The notes beneath the pieces were generated by a model. That model saw only the letters and a program-made list of their open reading frames with translations. It was not told the DNA's origin and ran no database searches. This document shows, in pieces, positions 37,987 to 46,659 of a stretch of 46,659 nt of DNA. The DNA is taken from positions 1 to 46,659 of the forward strand of contig JBKPBL010000041.1 of the NCBI GenBank assembly GCA_046726855.1, read 5' to 3'. The position numbers and the translations under genes are program-made. The stretch is from Actinomycetota bacterium. Its GTDB lineage: Bacteria > Actinomycetota > UBA4738 > CALAEC01. Each line of letters opens with the position of its first letter. Position 1 is the first letter of the stretch.

Positions 37987-38566
37987 CGCCCTCCAGCCCC
38001 GCTTCTTTCCGCTTGTCCGCCGTCCGCTGCTCGGCTTCCGCGACGGCATCCAGCATCGGCCTGGGCGCCACCTGGTGGACGTCGAGGCCCCGGAGCCGGG
38101 CCACCTGATCGGGCCTTCGAAGCTGCCGCAGTCCCGACACCGTGGCGTGGACGATGTTGATGGGATTCCCGGACCCCAGGGACTTGGACAGGATGTCCTT
38201 GATCCCCGCGCATTCGACGACCGCGCGGACCGGCCCGCCGGCGATGACCCCGGTTCCCGGCGCGGCCGGCTTGAGCAGGACCTTCCCCCCGGCGTCCTCC
38301 CCGGTTACCCGGTGGGGGATCGTTGTGCCCATGAGCGGCACTTCGAACATCGAGCGCTTGGCCTCCTCGACGCCCTTCTGGATCGCCGCGGGAACCTCCT
38401 TGGCCTTGCCGTAGCCGATCCCAACCCGTCCCGCGGCGTCGCCCACCACCACCAGGGCGGCGAACGAGAACCGGCGGCCTCCCTTGACCACCTTGGCCAC
38501 GCGGTTGATGGCCACGACCCGCTCCTCGTACGGAGTCCTCTGGTCGGCGGAGTCGTAACGTCTCAA
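37973..38566 (-). CDS. rpsE: 30S ribosomal protein S5
   Basis: ...[29 protein letters not shown].... The TTG start at 38566 overlaps the rplR TGA (TTGA). Confidence 0.92.
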   Translation of the reverse strand: MRRYDSADQRTPYEERVVAINRVAKVVKGGRRFSFAALVVVGDAAGRVGIGYGKAKEVPAAIQKGVEEAKRSMFEVPLMGTTIPHRVTGEDAGGKVLLKPAAPGTGVIAGGPVRAVVECAGIKDILSKSLGSGNPINIVHATVSGLRQLRRPDQVARLRGLDVHQVAPRPMLDAVAEAEQRTADKRKEAGLEGDGQA

Positions 38567-38925
38567 ATCCGCAGGCCTCCCTCTCGAGCCCCTTCGGCCA
38601 GCGAGCGGACTCGCCCGTGGTACAGGCGACCTCCCCGGTCGAAGACCGCCCGGTTGACCCCGGCGTCCTTGGCCCGGCGGGCGATGAGGCCGCCGACCGC
38701 CTTGGCCACGTCCTTCTTGTCTCCGGTCTGCCCCTTGACCTCGGCATCCAGCGAGGAGGCCGCCGCAAGCGTCCGGCCGTTGTCGTCGTCCACGAGCTGG
38801 GCGTAGATGTGGCGGTTCGACCGGAACACGGCCAGCCGCGGCCGGGCCGTGCCGCCCCAGACCTTCTTCCGAACCCGACGGTGGCGGCGGAGGCGGCCGT
38901 CTAGCTTGCGGGTGGTCGTTGTCAC
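38563..38925 (-). CDS. rplR: 50S ribosomal protein L18
   Basis: ...[20 protein letters not shown]..., FDRGG..YHGRV. The GTG start overlaps the rplF TGA (GTGA). Confidence 0.95.
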   Translation of the reverse strand: MTTTTRKLDGRLRRHRRVRKKVWGGTARPRLAVFRSNRHIYAQLVDDDNGRTLAAASSLDAEVKGQTGDKKDVAKAVGGLIARRAKDAGVNRAVFDRGGRLYHGRVRSLAEGAREGGLRI

Positions 38926-39470
38926 GCGATCGCCCCCTTGGCCGCCTTCCCGGCCTTCTTCCGGACGTACTCGCCCTCGTACCGGATCCCCTTGCCCTTG
39001 TAGGGCTCGGGCTTGCGCACCTTCCTGATCCTGGCAGCCGTCTCGCCGACCAGCTGCTTGTCGATCCCCTTGACGACGATCCGGTTGGGAGCGGGCACCT
39101 CGAACTCGATGCCCTGAGGCGCCTGGAACTCCACCGGGTGGGAGAAGCCCACCTGCAGCTCGAGGTCGCCGCCCCTGAGAGCCGCTCGGTATCCGACCCC
39201 CTGGATCTCCAGTCGCTTCTCGAACCCCCTGGTCACTCCCTCGACCATGTTGGCGATGAGCGTCCGGGTCAGACCGTGAAGGGACTTGTGCTCCCGCTCG
39301 TCGGAAGGACGCTGCACGGCGACCTCTGCCCCCTCAACGGCCACGCGCATCTCCGAGCTCACGGACTGGGACAGCGTCCCGCCCGGTCCGGTCACGGTTA
39401 CCCGTCCGTCCTCCACCTCGACCCGGACCCCGTCCGGGATCGGGATGGGCTGCTTGCCGATACGACTCAT
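38922..39470 (-). CDS. rplF: 50S ribosomal protein L6
   Basis: [19 protein letters not shown]..., [15 protein letters not shown] at 39470. Confidence 0.95.
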   Translation of the reverse strand: MSRIGKQPIPIPDGVRVEVEDGRVTVTGPGGTLSQSVSSEMRVAVEGAEVAVQRPSDEREHKSLHGLTRTLIANMVEGVTRGFEKRLEIQGVGYRAALRGGDLELQVGFSHPVEFQAPQGIEFEVPAPNRIVVKGIDKQLVGETAARIRKVRKPEPYKGKGIRYEGEYVRKKAGKAAKGAIA

Positions 39471-39477
39471 GCTCAGA

Positions 39478-39873
39478 TCACCACACGTGGGCCAGGACCT
39501 CGCCACCGATGCCCCGCTTGGCCGCCTGGCGGTCCGTCATCACGCCCTGGGAGGTGGACAGGATAGCCACACCGAGGCCACCGAGCACTCGGGGCAGACG
39601 CCGGCGATCGGCGTAGACCCGGCGCCCCGGCCGGGAGACTCGCTTCAGCCCGCTGATGGTGCGCTGGCGGTCAGGCCCGTACTTCATCTCGATGACGATG
39701 TGCTGCTTGGGTGGATCCCCGTCGACACGATACGATCGCACGTAGCCCTCCTTGACCAGCAGGCTCGCGATCTCCTCCTTGACTCGAGAGGAGGGCACCT
39801 CGACCTCATCCTTGAAGGCGGTGTTGCCGTTCCGGATCCGGGAGAGCATGTCGGCGATCGGGTCCGTCATCAT
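39478..39873 (-). CDS. rpsH: 30S ribosomal protein S8
   Basis: M(M)[14 protein letters not shown]..., C-terminal GGEVLAHVW. The start is ambiguous among GTG 39876, ATG 39873 and ATG 39870. Confidence 0.93.
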   Translation of the reverse strand: MMTDPIADMLSRIRNGNTAFKDEVEVPSSRVKEEIASLLVKEGYVRSYRVDGDPPKQHIVIEMKYGPDRQRTISGLKRVSRPGRRVYADRRRLPRVLGGLGVAILSTSQGVMTDRQAAKRGIGGEVLAHVW

Positions 39874-39901
39874 CACCGCCTCACCGCGCCCCGCTTCATC
39901 G

Positions 39902-40087
39902 TCACCACGAGGCCTTGGTGATGCCGGGGATCTCCCCGGCGTGGGCCAGCTGCCGGAAACAGATGCGGCACAGCCTGAATCGCCGGAACACGGCCCGGGA
40001 TCGACCGCACCGCCGGCACCGCGTATACGCCCGGGACCGGAAGGGCGTCCGGCGGTTCGCCTTGTTGATCAGTGCCTTCTTCGCCAC
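39902..40087 (-). CDS. rpsN: 30S ribosomal protein S14, type Z (Zn-binding, 61 aa)
   Basis: (M)[12 protein letters not shown]...CRRCGR...CRICFR...KASW. GTG start at 40087 with SD AAGGGAG. Confidence 0.93.
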   Translation of the reverse strand: MAKKALINKANRRTPFRSRAYTRCRRCGRSRAVFRRFRLCRICFRQLAHAGEIPGITKASW

Positions 40088-40100
40088 CTCGCTGCTCCCT

Positions 40101-40676
40101 TTACGCCGCGCCCTCGGTCGCTGCCGGCTCCCCCCTGAGCGGGAAGCCCAGCGCTCGGAGAAGGGCTCGGCCCTCGTCGTCGTCCTTGGCCGTGGTGACC
40201 ACCGTGATGTCCATCCCCCGAACCGCATCGACCTTGTCGTAATCGATCTCGGGGAACACGAGCTGCTCGGTCAGCCCTATGGTGTAGTTCCCGCGCCCGT
40301 CGAACGAGCGTGGGTCCAGCCCCCGGAAGTCGCGAATCCTGGGCAGAGCCGTAGCCAGGAGCCGGTCCAGGAACTCCCACATCCTATCGCCTCGAATCGT
40401 TACCTTGGCCCCGATCGACATGCCCTCGCGGAGCTTGAACCCCGCGATCGACTTCTTGGCCCGAGTGACCAAGGGGCGCTGGCCGGTTATCGTGGCCAGG
40501 TCCTCCAACGCGCCGTCGAGCGCCTTGGCTTCCCTGGCCGCCTCGCCCACGCCGACGTTCACCACGATCTTCTCCAGGCCGGGGACCTGCATCGGGTTCC
40601 CGTAGCCCAGCTCCTGCTGGAGCCGGGGAACGAGCTCCTCGCGGAAGCGCTGTTTCAAGCGGGGAACGTCGGTCAT
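40101..40676 (-). CDS. rplE: 50S ribosomal protein L5
   Basis: ...[11 protein letters not shown]..., [21 protein letters not shown]. The ATG overlaps the rplX TGA (ATGA). Confidence 0.95.
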   Translation of the reverse strand: MTDVPRLKQRFREELVPRLQQELGYGNPMQVPGLEKIVVNVGVGEAAREAKALDGALEDLATITGQRPLVTRAKKSIAGFKLREGMSIGAKVTIRGDRMWEFLDRLLATALPRIRDFRGLDPRSFDGRGNYTIGLTEQLVFPEIDYDKVDAVRGMDITVVTTAKDDDEGRALLRALGFPLRGEPAATEGAA

Positions 40677-40987
40677 ATGTCTGCCTCACACTTCCGGCAC
40701 ACCCGGAACCTCTTGCCGTCCTCGATCCGGTGCCCGACGCGGGTGGGCTGCCCGCATGACTTGCACACGACCTGGACGTTCGAGATGTCGATGAACTGCT
40801 CGATGTCCACGATCCCGCCCTGCTGCCGCCGCTTGGAGGGCCTGGAGTGCTTCTTGGCCCGGCCGATGCCCTCCACCATGACCTGCCCCCTCCGGGGAAG
40901 GACCCGCACCACCCGGCCGCGCGCTCCTCGGTCCTTCCCCGAGATGACCTGGATCTCGTCGTCTTTGTGGATCGAGACGCCGGGCAT
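40673..40987 (-). CDS. rplX: 50S ribosomal protein L24 (Zn-ribbon C-terminus)
   Basis: KOW motif [16 protein letters not shown]. The C-terminus is [10 protein letters not shown]...RVCRKC. The start is ATG 40987 or GTG 40990. Confidence 0.93.
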   Translation of the reverse strand: MPGVSIHKDDEIQVISGKDRGARGRVVRVLPRRGQVMVEGIGRAKKHSRPSKRRQQGGIVDIEQFIDISNVQVVCKSCGQPTRVGHRIEDGKRFRVCRKCEADI

Positions 40988-41355
40988 CACAGCACCTCCG
41001 GCGCCAGCGAGATGATCCTCATGAACCTCTTCTCCCTCAGCTCCCTGGCCACGGGCCCGAAGATCCGGGTGCCCCGCGGCTGCCGCTGCTCGTTGATCAG
41101 CACCACGGCGTTCTCGTCGAACTTGATGTACGAGCCGTCGGTCCGCCGCCGCTCCTTGGCCGTCCTCACCACCACGGCCCGGACCACGTCTCCCTTCCTA
41201 ACCGGCGCCCCGGGGAGGGCGTCCTTGACCGTACCCACGATCACGTCCCCCAGACTCGCGTAGCGCCGGCCGGAGCCTCCCAGGACCCGGATGCACAGGA
41301 CCTCCCTGGCGCCGGTGTTGTCGGCCACGCGGACCCGGGATTCCTGCTGGATCAC
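40987..41355 (-). CDS. rplN: 50S ribosomal protein L14
   Basis: (M)[26 protein letters not shown].... The GTG start overlaps the rpsQ TGA (GTGA). Confidence 0.96.
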   Translation of the reverse strand: MIQQESRVRVADNTGAREVLCIRVLGGSGRRYASLGDVIVGTVKDALPGAPVRKGDVVRAVVVRTAKERRRTDGSYIKFDENAVVLINEQRQPRGTRIFGPVARELREKRFMRIISLAPEVL

Positions 41356-41612
41356 TTGGCCTTTTCCACGATCTCGACCACACGCCAGTGCTTGGTCCTC
41401 GACAGCGGCCGGGTCTCCATGACCCGAACCTTGTCGCCCACGCGGACCTCGTTGGATTCGTCGTGCGCTGCCAGCTTGGAGGTCCGGCGGACGCTCTTCC
41501 CGTAAAGAGGGTGTCGCTTCCTACCCTCGACCCGTACGAGCACGGTCTTGTCCATCCGGTCCGAGACCACCACGCCGGTCCTGACCTTTCGCTCCGCCCG
41601 ATCCGCGGTCAC
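41352..41612 (-). CDS. rpsQ: 30S ribosomal protein S17
   Basis: ...[22 protein letters not shown]...HPLYGK.... The GTG start overlaps the rpmC TGA (GTGA). Confidence 0.95.
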   Translation of the reverse strand: MTADRAERKVRTGVVVSDRMDKTVLVRVEGRKRHPLYGKSVRRTSKLAAHDESNEVRVGDKVRVMETRPLSRTKHWRVVEIVEKAK

Positions 41613-41842
41613 GAGGCCTCCTCCTCGCCCTCGTGGGACTCCCCGGCGGCCACGAGCTCCCGCTCGGTGAGGACCGTCATGATCCGGGCGATGTCGTGCC
41701 GGACCTCCATGATCCGCATGGGGTTGTCGAGCTGTCCGGTGGCCAGCTGAAAACGCAGGTTGAACAGCTCCTCCTTGGACGAGTCGAGACGCGCCCGAAG
41801 CTCGTCGTCCGGCAGCTCGCGCAGCTCGCCGGGCCGGGTCAT
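41609..41842 (-). CDS. rpmC: 50S ribosomal protein L29
   Basis: [38 protein letters not shown].... The ATG at 41842 overlaps the rplP TGA (ATGA). Acidic tail. Confidence 0.93.
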   Translation of the reverse strand: MTRPGELRELPDDELRARLDSSKEELFNLRFQLATGQLDNPMRIMEVRHDIARIMTVLTERELVAAGESHEGEEEAS

Positions 41843-42258
41843 CTCACCCCTCCGAGCCTGGCCACGAACTTGGCCTTGATCGGCAGCTTGTGGGCCGCGC
41901 GACTGATGGCTTCCCGGGCCACCGCCTCGGAGACGCCCGAGAGCTCGAACATGACCCTGCCCGGCTTGACGACGGCCACCCAGTCCTCGGGGTTCCCCTT
42001 GCCCGATCCCATCCGGGTCTCGGCCGGCTTCTTGGTCACCGGCTTGTCCGGAAAGATGTTGATCCAGACCTTTCCACCCCTGCGGATGTGCCGGGTCATG
42101 GCCACCCGAGCCGCCTCGATCTGCCTGTTGGTGATCCATCCCGGCTCCAGCGCCACGAGCCCGAAGTCGCCGAAGCTGATGTCAACGCCGCCCTTGGCCT
42201 TGCCGCGCATACGGCCTCGCTGCTGCTTCCGGTGCTTGACCTTCTTCGGCTGAAGCAT
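41839..42258 (-). CDS. rplP: 50S ribosomal protein L16
   Basis: [24 protein letters not shown].... The ATG shares 1 nt with the rpsC TGA. Confidence 0.96.
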   Translation of the reverse strand: MLQPKKVKHRKQQRGRMRGKAKGGVDISFGDFGLVALEPGWITNRQIEAARVAMTRHIRRGGKVWINIFPDKPVTKKPAETRMGSGKGNPEDWVAVVKPGRVMFELSGVSEAVAREAISRAAHKLPIKAKFVARLGGVR

Positions 42259-43166
42259 CAGGAGGACTCCCCTTCGGGAGAGGGGGCCTCGCCGCTTGGC
42301 TGGTCGGCGGGAGCCTCCTCGTCCGCCTCGCCCCCCGAAGTGGTCGAGGCCGGCGCTTCCGCCTCATCTCGGGGTGTGGAACCGGGCTCCTCGGGCCTGG
42401 CGACCTCGGCCATCTCCTTCTCGTCGGTGATCAGGGCGCCCGTGGAGGCCCCCGTGGGGCCGCCCACCGGAACTCCAGCCAGTGCCCGGGCCCGGGCCCG
42501 CTCGGTCTCCATCTCCTCGGCGGGGATCTCGTCTCCCTGGTACACCCAGACCTTCACCCCGATCCGGCCGAAGGTCGTCTTGGCCTCGGCCTGGCCGTAG
42601 TCGATCTTGGCCCGGAGGGTGTGCAGGGGCACCCGGCCCTCCCGGTACCACTCCCGGCGTGACATCTCGATCCCACCCAGACGTCCGCCGCACTGGACCC
42701 GGACACCAAGGGCTCCGGCCCGCATTGCCGTCTGCACGGCCCGGCGCATGGCCCGGCGGAACGAGACTCGCCCCTGGAGCTGCTCGGCCACCCCTTGCGC
42801 CAGGAGCTGGGCGTCGGTCTCGGGCCGGGACTCCGCGGCGGCCTGGTTCATGTCCTCCACCTTCACGTCCACCCGCTTGGCCGTCATCCGCTCGAGGTCC
42901 TTGCGAACCCGCTCCACCTCCGAGCCCTTCCGGCCGATCACGATGCCCGGCCGGGCGGTGCGGATATAGACCTGGATCTGGTCGCCCTTCCGCTCGATGT
43001 CGATAGAGGAGATCCCCGCTCGGGACAGGTGCAGGCGGATGTAGTCCCGCATGGCGATGTCCTCGTGCAGCGCGGTTGCGTAGTCTCCCCTGCCGGCGAA
43101 CCAGCGCGACTTCCACGGGTAGATCACACCGAGGCGGAACCCGTACGGGTTGACCTTATGGCCCAA
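42258..43166 (-). CDS. rpsC: 30S ribosomal protein S3 with a long acidic/Pro-rich C-terminal tail
   Basis: (M)[22 protein letters not shown]..., with a KH domain. The TTG start at 43166 overlaps rplV by 11 nt. The tail is about 87 aa. Confidence 0.94.
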   Translation of the reverse strand: MGHKVNPYGFRLGVIYPWKSRWFAGRGDYATALHEDIAMRDYIRLHLSRAGISSIDIERKGDQIQVYIRTARPGIVIGRKGSEVERVRKDLERMTAKRVDVKVEDMNQAAAESRPETDAQLLAQGVAEQLQGRVSFRRAMRRAVQTAMRAGALGVRVQCGGRLGGIEMSRREWYREGRVPLHTLRAKIDYGQAEAKTTFGRIGVKVWVYQGDEIPAEEMETERARARALAGVPVGGPTGASTGALITDEKEMAEVARPEEPGSTPRDEAEAPASTTSGGEADEEAPADQPSGEAPSPEGESS

Positions 43167-43509
43167 CGGTCACCTCCCCCACCGTCTCGACCACGACGGT
43201 GATGTGGCTGGTGCGCTTCCGGACTCGGGTGGCCCGTCCGAGGGCCCGGGGGCGCCACCGCTGCAGGGTGGGACCCTCGTCCACGAGGGCTCGGGCCACG
43301 AACAGGTTCTCGGGAACGACGCCGGGCTGCTGCTCGGCGTTGGCCACCGCGGAGTCGAGGGCCTTCCGGACCGGCAAGGTCGTGCCCAGCCCGGACTGGG
43401 CCAGGACCCGTCGGGCCTCGGCCACCGGCTTGCCGCGGATGAGGTCCACGACTCGCCGCGCCTTGCGTGGCGACAGCCGCACGAACCTCGCCTTCGCTTT
43501 CGCTTCCAC
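43156..43509 (-). CDS. rplV: 50S ribosomal protein L22
   Basis: (M)[26 protein letters not shown].... GTG start with SD AGGAGG. Confidence 0.95.
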   Translation of the reverse strand: MEAKAKARFVRLSPRKARRVVDLIRGKPVAEARRVLAQSGLGTTLPVRKALDSAVANAEQQPGVVPENLFVARALVDEGPTLQRWRPRALGRATRVRKRTSHITVVVETVGEVTVGP

Positions 43510-43517
43510 TCAGCCTC

Positions 43518-43802
43518 CTACTTGAGCGCGGTGCTCCGCTCCGTGTGGTGCCCGTGCGACCGGAACACCCGGGTGGGGGCGAACTCACCGAGCTTGTGCC
43601 CAACCATGGTCTCCGTGATGAACACCGGGACGTGCTTGCGGCCGTCGTGCACGGCTATGGTGTGCCCAACCATCTCCGGGATGATCGTGGACCGCCGCGA
43701 CCACGTCCTTACCACACGCTTGTGGCCGCTCTTGTTCATCTCCTCGACCTTGGCCAGGAGGTGATCGTCGATGAACGGTCCCTTCTTCACCGACCTCGGC
43801 AT
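43518..43802 (-). CDS. rpsS: 30S ribosomal protein S19
   Basis: [16 protein letters not shown]...[15 protein letters not shown].... The ATG directly follows the rplB TAG. Confidence 0.96.
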   Translation of the reverse strand: MPRSVKKGPFIDDHLLAKVEEMNKSGHKRVVRTWSRRSTIIPEMVGHTIAVHDGRKHVPVFITETMVGHKLGEFAPTRVFRSHGHHTERSTALK

Positions 43803-44633
43803 CTACGCCCTCCCCTTCTTCCGGCGCCGCCGCACGATGTAGCGGTCCGACGGCTTCCCCTTCTTCCTGGTCCGGCCCTCAGTCTTCCCCCAGGGCGATG
43901 TGGGATGGCGCCCCCCCGAGGACTTGCCCTCGCCCCCGCCCAGCGGATGGTCGACGGGGTTCATGGCCACACCGCGAACGCTGGGCCGCTTCCCGGCCCA
44001 CCGAGTCCGTCCGGCCTTGCCCTTCGACACCAGCTCGTGCTCGGGGTTACCGACCGTTCCGACCGACGCCCGGCACTTCAGGTCGACCAGGCGCATCTCG
44101 CCGGAGGGCAGCCGGAGCTGGGCGAACCGGCCTTCCTTGGCCACCACCTGGACACCGGACCCGGCCGAACGAGCCATCTTGGCTCCCTGCCCGGGCCGGA
44201 GCTCCACCGCGTGGACCACGGTCCCCACCGGGATGTTCGCTAACGGGAGGGCGTTCCCGGCCCGGATGTCGGCACCGGGCCCGCTCATGAGCCTGTCGCC
44301 CACCCGGAGCCCCTGCGGAGCCAGGATGTACCGCTTCTCCCCGTCCACGTAGTGGAGCAGGGCGATGCGGGCGCTCCGGTTCGGGTCGTACTCGATCTGG
44401 GCCACCTTCGCCGGCACCCCGTCCTTGGCCCGTCGGAAGTCGACCACCCGATACCTCCGCTTGTGGCCTCCACCGCGGTGTCTGGTGGTGATCCGCCCGT
44501 GTGCGTTCCGCCCGGCTTTCTTGGTCAGCTTCCCGGTCAGAGACCGCTCGGGGCGTGGCCGGGTGACCTCGGAGAAGTCCGAGGCGGAAGCCCCTCGGCG
44601 TCCCGGGGTGGTCGGCTTGTACTTCCTGGGCAT
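43803..44633 (-). CDS. rplB: 50S ribosomal protein L2
   Basis: ...[16 protein letters not shown]..., [14 protein letters not shown]. Confidence 0.96.
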   Translation of the reverse strand: MPRKYKPTTPGRRGASASDFSEVTRPRPERSLTGKLTKKAGRNAHGRITTRHRGGGHKRRYRVVDFRRAKDGVPAKVAQIEYDPNRSARIALLHYVDGEKRYILAPQGLRVGDRLMSGPGADIRAGNALPLANIPVGTVVHAVELRPGQGAKMARSAGSGVQVVAKEGRFAQLRLPSGEMRLVDLKCRASVGTVGNPEHELVSKGKAGRTRWAGKRPSVRGVAMNPVDHPLGGGEGKSSGGRHPTSPWGKTEGRTRKKGKPSDRYIVRRRRKKGRA

Positions 44634-44640
44634 GTGGCTC

Positions 44641-44928
44641 CTACTTCTGCTCGAAGATCTCGATAGTGTCCCCCTCGGCCAGGGTGACCATGGCCTGCTT
44701 CTGGTCCGGCCTCTTGCCTCGGGTGTAACGGAACCTTTTCGACTTTCCCTTCCGGTTCAAGGTGTTCACCTCGACCACGCGGACCCCCCAGATCTTCTGG
44801 ACGGCCTCCTTGATCTCGGTCTTGTTGGCCTCCCGGGCCACCAGGAACGTGTACCGGTTCTGCTCCAGGCCGGCATAGGACTTCTCCGAGACCATCGGTC
44901 GGATGATCACGTCGCGGTGGCTCTTCAC
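44641..44928 (-). CDS. rplW: 50S ribosomal protein L23
   Basis: ...[11 protein letters not shown]...YTFLV...[10 protein letters not shown].... The GTG start overlaps the rplD TGA (GTGA). Confidence 0.95.
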   Translation of the reverse strand: MKSHRDVIIRPMVSEKSYAGLEQNRYTFLVAREANKTEIKEAVQKIWGVRVVEVNTLNRKGKSKRFRYTRGKRPDQKQAMVTLAEGDTIEIFEQK

Positions 44929-45539
44929 GGCTTCACCGCCTCGACGGCGTCCTTGGCGAACAGCAGCCAGTCCGCGTACACGACGTCGTGAGTGGCCAGG
45001 TTCCCCGGGAACACCACCTTGACGTACGCCAGGTTCCGGAAGGACTTCTCCACGACCTCGTCCCTGTCTGCCAGCACCAGGAGCACCAGGCCCTGGACGT
45101 CCAGCGACTCGAGTACCTCGATGGCCGCCTTGGTACTCGGGCCTTCGAACGACAGCCCGTCGATGACCACGACCCGCTCCTCCCGGGCGCGGTCAGTCAG
45201 AGCCGACCGGAGGGCCAGGCGCTTCATCTTCTTGGGGATCCGCTTCCGATGATCCCCAGGCTTGGGCCCATGAGCCACACCGCCGCCCACCCAGATGGGC
45301 GACCGGATGGAACCGTGGCGGGACCGGCCCGTCCCCTTCTGACGCCAGGGCTTGCGGCCCCCGCCCCGGACCTCGGACCGGGTCTTGGTCGCGTGGGTTC
45401 CCCGGCGCTGTGCGGCCTGGCCGGCCACCACGACCTGGTGCATCACGGGCACGTTGACGTCCACGTCGAAGACGGCGGGGTCGAGGTCGTGGTCGCCGAT
45501 CTTCTTCCCGCTCTGGTCAACGATCCGGACCGTGGCCAT
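44925..45539 (-). CDS. rplD: 50S ribosomal protein L4
   Basis: ...[34 protein letters not shown].... The ATG shares 1 nt with the rplC TGA. Confidence 0.96.
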   Translation of the reverse strand: MATVRIVDQSGKKIGDHDLDPAVFDVDVNVPVMHQVVVAGQAAQRRGTHATKTRSEVRGGGRKPWRQKGTGRSRHGSIRSPIWVGGGVAHGPKPGDHRKRIPKKMKRLALRSALTDRAREERVVVIDGLSFEGPSTKAAIEVLESLDVQGLVLLVLADRDEVVEKSFRNLAYVKVVFPGNLATHDVVYADWLLFAKDAVEAVKP

Positions 45540-46186
45540 CAGGCGGTCTGCCTCCGATCCCTGGTCTTGACGCTGGACCGGATCATCACCAGCCCGCCCG
45601 CCGGGCCGGGCACCGCTCCCCTCAGCAGGAGCAGGCCGCGCTCGGCGTCCGCCTCGACCACCTCGAGGTTGAGCACCGTGACCCGCTGGTTGCCCATCTG
45701 GCCGGCCATCCCCGTGCCCCGGAAGACCCTCGAGGGGGTGGCGCAGGCCCCGATCGCTCCTGGGCTCCGGTGCTTCCGCTCGGTGCCGTGGGAGGCGGAG
45801 AGCCCCGCGAAGCCGTGCCGCTTCATGACCCCCGCGAACCCCTTGCCCCGGGAGACCCCGATAACGTCCGCTCGGTCACCCGGCTCGAACACGTCCGCCC
45901 TGATCTCCTGGCCGGGCTGGAGATCCTCGTCGGTGCGCAGCTCGACCAGCCAGCGTGCGGAACCGTCGATGCCGGCCTTGGCGAGATGGCCGGCCGCCGG
46001 CTTCGACGCGTTCCGGCGTTCCCCGTAGCCAAGCTGCACGGCCCGGTAGCCGTCCCGGTCCTCCGTCTTCACCTGCACCACCTGGCAGGGCCCGGCCTTG
46101 ATCACGGTGACCGGGAGGGCCCGCCCGTCGTCGGAGAACACCTGGGTCATGCCCAGCTTCTCCCCGAGGATGCCCTTGGTTCCCAT
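45539..46186 (-). CDS. rplC: 50S ribosomal protein L3
   Basis: [17 protein letters not shown]..., [13 protein letters not shown]. Confidence 0.96.
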   Translation of the reverse strand: MGTKGILGEKLGMTQVFSDDGRALPVTVIKAGPCQVVQVKTEDRDGYRAVQLGYGERRNASKPAAGHLAKAGIDGSARWLVELRTDEDLQPGQEIRADVFEPGDRADVIGVSRGKGFAGVMKRHGFAGLSASHGTERKHRSPGAIGACATPSRVFRGTGMAGQMGNQRVTVLNLEVVEADAERGLLLLRGAVPGPAGGLVMIRSSVKTRDRRQTA

Positions 46187-46189
46187 GGT

Positions 46190-46498
46190 TCAGAGCTTGA
46201 TCTCGATGTCGACGCCCGCGGCCAGGTTCAGCCGCTGGAGCTCCTGAACGGTCTTGGAGGTGGCCTCGTGGATGTCGATGAGCCGCTTGTGGGTGAGCAT
46301 CTGGAAGTGCTCCCGGCTGTCCTTGTCCTTGTGCGGCGACCTGATCACGGTGTAGATGGAGCGTTCGGTGGGCAGGGGGACCGGGCCGACCACGCGAGCC
46401 CCGGTGCGCGTCACGTGCTCGATGATCTGCCCCGCGGCACGATCCAGCAGCTCGTGGTCGTAGGCCCGGAGCTTGATCCTGATCTTCGGTCCCGCCAT
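46190..46498 (-). CDS. rpsJ: 30S ribosomal protein S10
   Basis: [19 protein letters not shown]...GPVPLPTE...[16 protein letters not shown].... [13 protein letters not shown] in the 21-nt spacer after tuf. Confidence 0.96.
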   Translation of the reverse strand: MAGPKIRIKLRAYDHELLDRAAGQIIEHVTRTGARVVGPVPLPTERSIYTVIRSPHKDKDSREHFQMLTHKRLIDIHEATSKTVQELQRLNLAAGVDIEIKL

Positions 46499-46519
46499 TC
46501 CCCGCTCGCTCCTCCCTCC

Positions 46520-46659
46520 CTACTTGGTGACCTTGGTGACCCGGCCGGCCCCCACGGTCCGGCCCCCCTCCCGGATGGCGAAACGGAGGCCCTCCTCCAT
46601 GGCGATGGGGGAGATCAGCTCCACCGACATCTCCACGTTGTCCCCGGGCATGACCATCT
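46520..46659 (-). CDS. tuf: Elongation factor Tu, C-terminal fragment (5' part outside the window)
   Basis: The reverse strand reads ...[45 protein letters not shown], ending at TAG (46522-46520). Confidence 0.93.
   Translation of the reverse strand, partial: MVMPGDNVEMSVELISPIAMEEGLRFAIREGGRTVGAGRVTKVTK

Noticed and set aside
46499-46519. S10 leader / L4-mediated attenuator upstream of rpsJ.
   Set aside because: Only 21 nt lie between the tuf stop and the rpsJ ATG, essentially just a Shine-Dalgarno sequence. There is no room for a structured leader.

Overview
GC-rich, Actinomycetota-like chromosomal core region, almost gap-free and mostly on the minus strand. Reading from the right edge: the 3' end of tuf, then the complete S10-spc-alpha ribosomal-protein superoperon (rpsJ to rplO, secY, adk, map, rpmJ, rpsM, rpsK, rpsD, rpoA, rplQ). 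It runs straight on into truA, rplM-rpsI, glmM, glmS, acpS, nnr, alr, an alpha/beta hydrolase, a DmpA/P1-family peptidase, a family-4 uracil-DNA glycosylase, tsaE-tsaB-rimI-tsaD and a GalE-like epimerase. Next come a secreted beta-propeller protein and CIRCE-controlled groES-groEL. A small accessory patch follows: a Trp-rich membrane protein, an NPP/alkaline-phosphatase-family enzyme translationally coupled to cysC, and a class E sortase. The left end holds guaB3-guaA, a TauE/SafE exporter, pcrA, a small membrane-anchored Rieske-like protein, and an operon of a B12-binding subunit, sucC, sucD and a polytopic membrane protein. Gene order follows the known mycobacterial backbone (guaA...guaB3...groEL1-groES-tsaD-rimI-tsaB-tsaE-alr...glmS...glmM-rpsI-rplM...truA-rplQ-rpoA-rpsD-rpsK-rpsM-rpmJ) in compressed form. 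I saw no rRNA, tRNA, CRISPR array, IS/transposase, integrase or phage genes. I did not find a convincing novel multi-gene system, so this looks like an ordinary housekeeping region. The modest leads are: (1) infA is absent from its canonical map/rpmJ slot, which holds a consensus promoter and a 5'-terminal hairpin; (2) an NPP-type enzyme is coupled to a stand-alone APS kinase; (3) an orphan B12-binding subunit heads the sucCD operon; (4) GuaB3 is coupled to guaA; (5) a degenerate Rieske-like membrane protein; (6) a C-terminally extended L30; (7) a probable methyltransferase gene relic; (8) start-stop overlaps (mainly GTGA) are so common that many longest-ORF calls in the supplied track are N-terminally over-extended. 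All family assignments come from reading motifs by eye. No database search was run.
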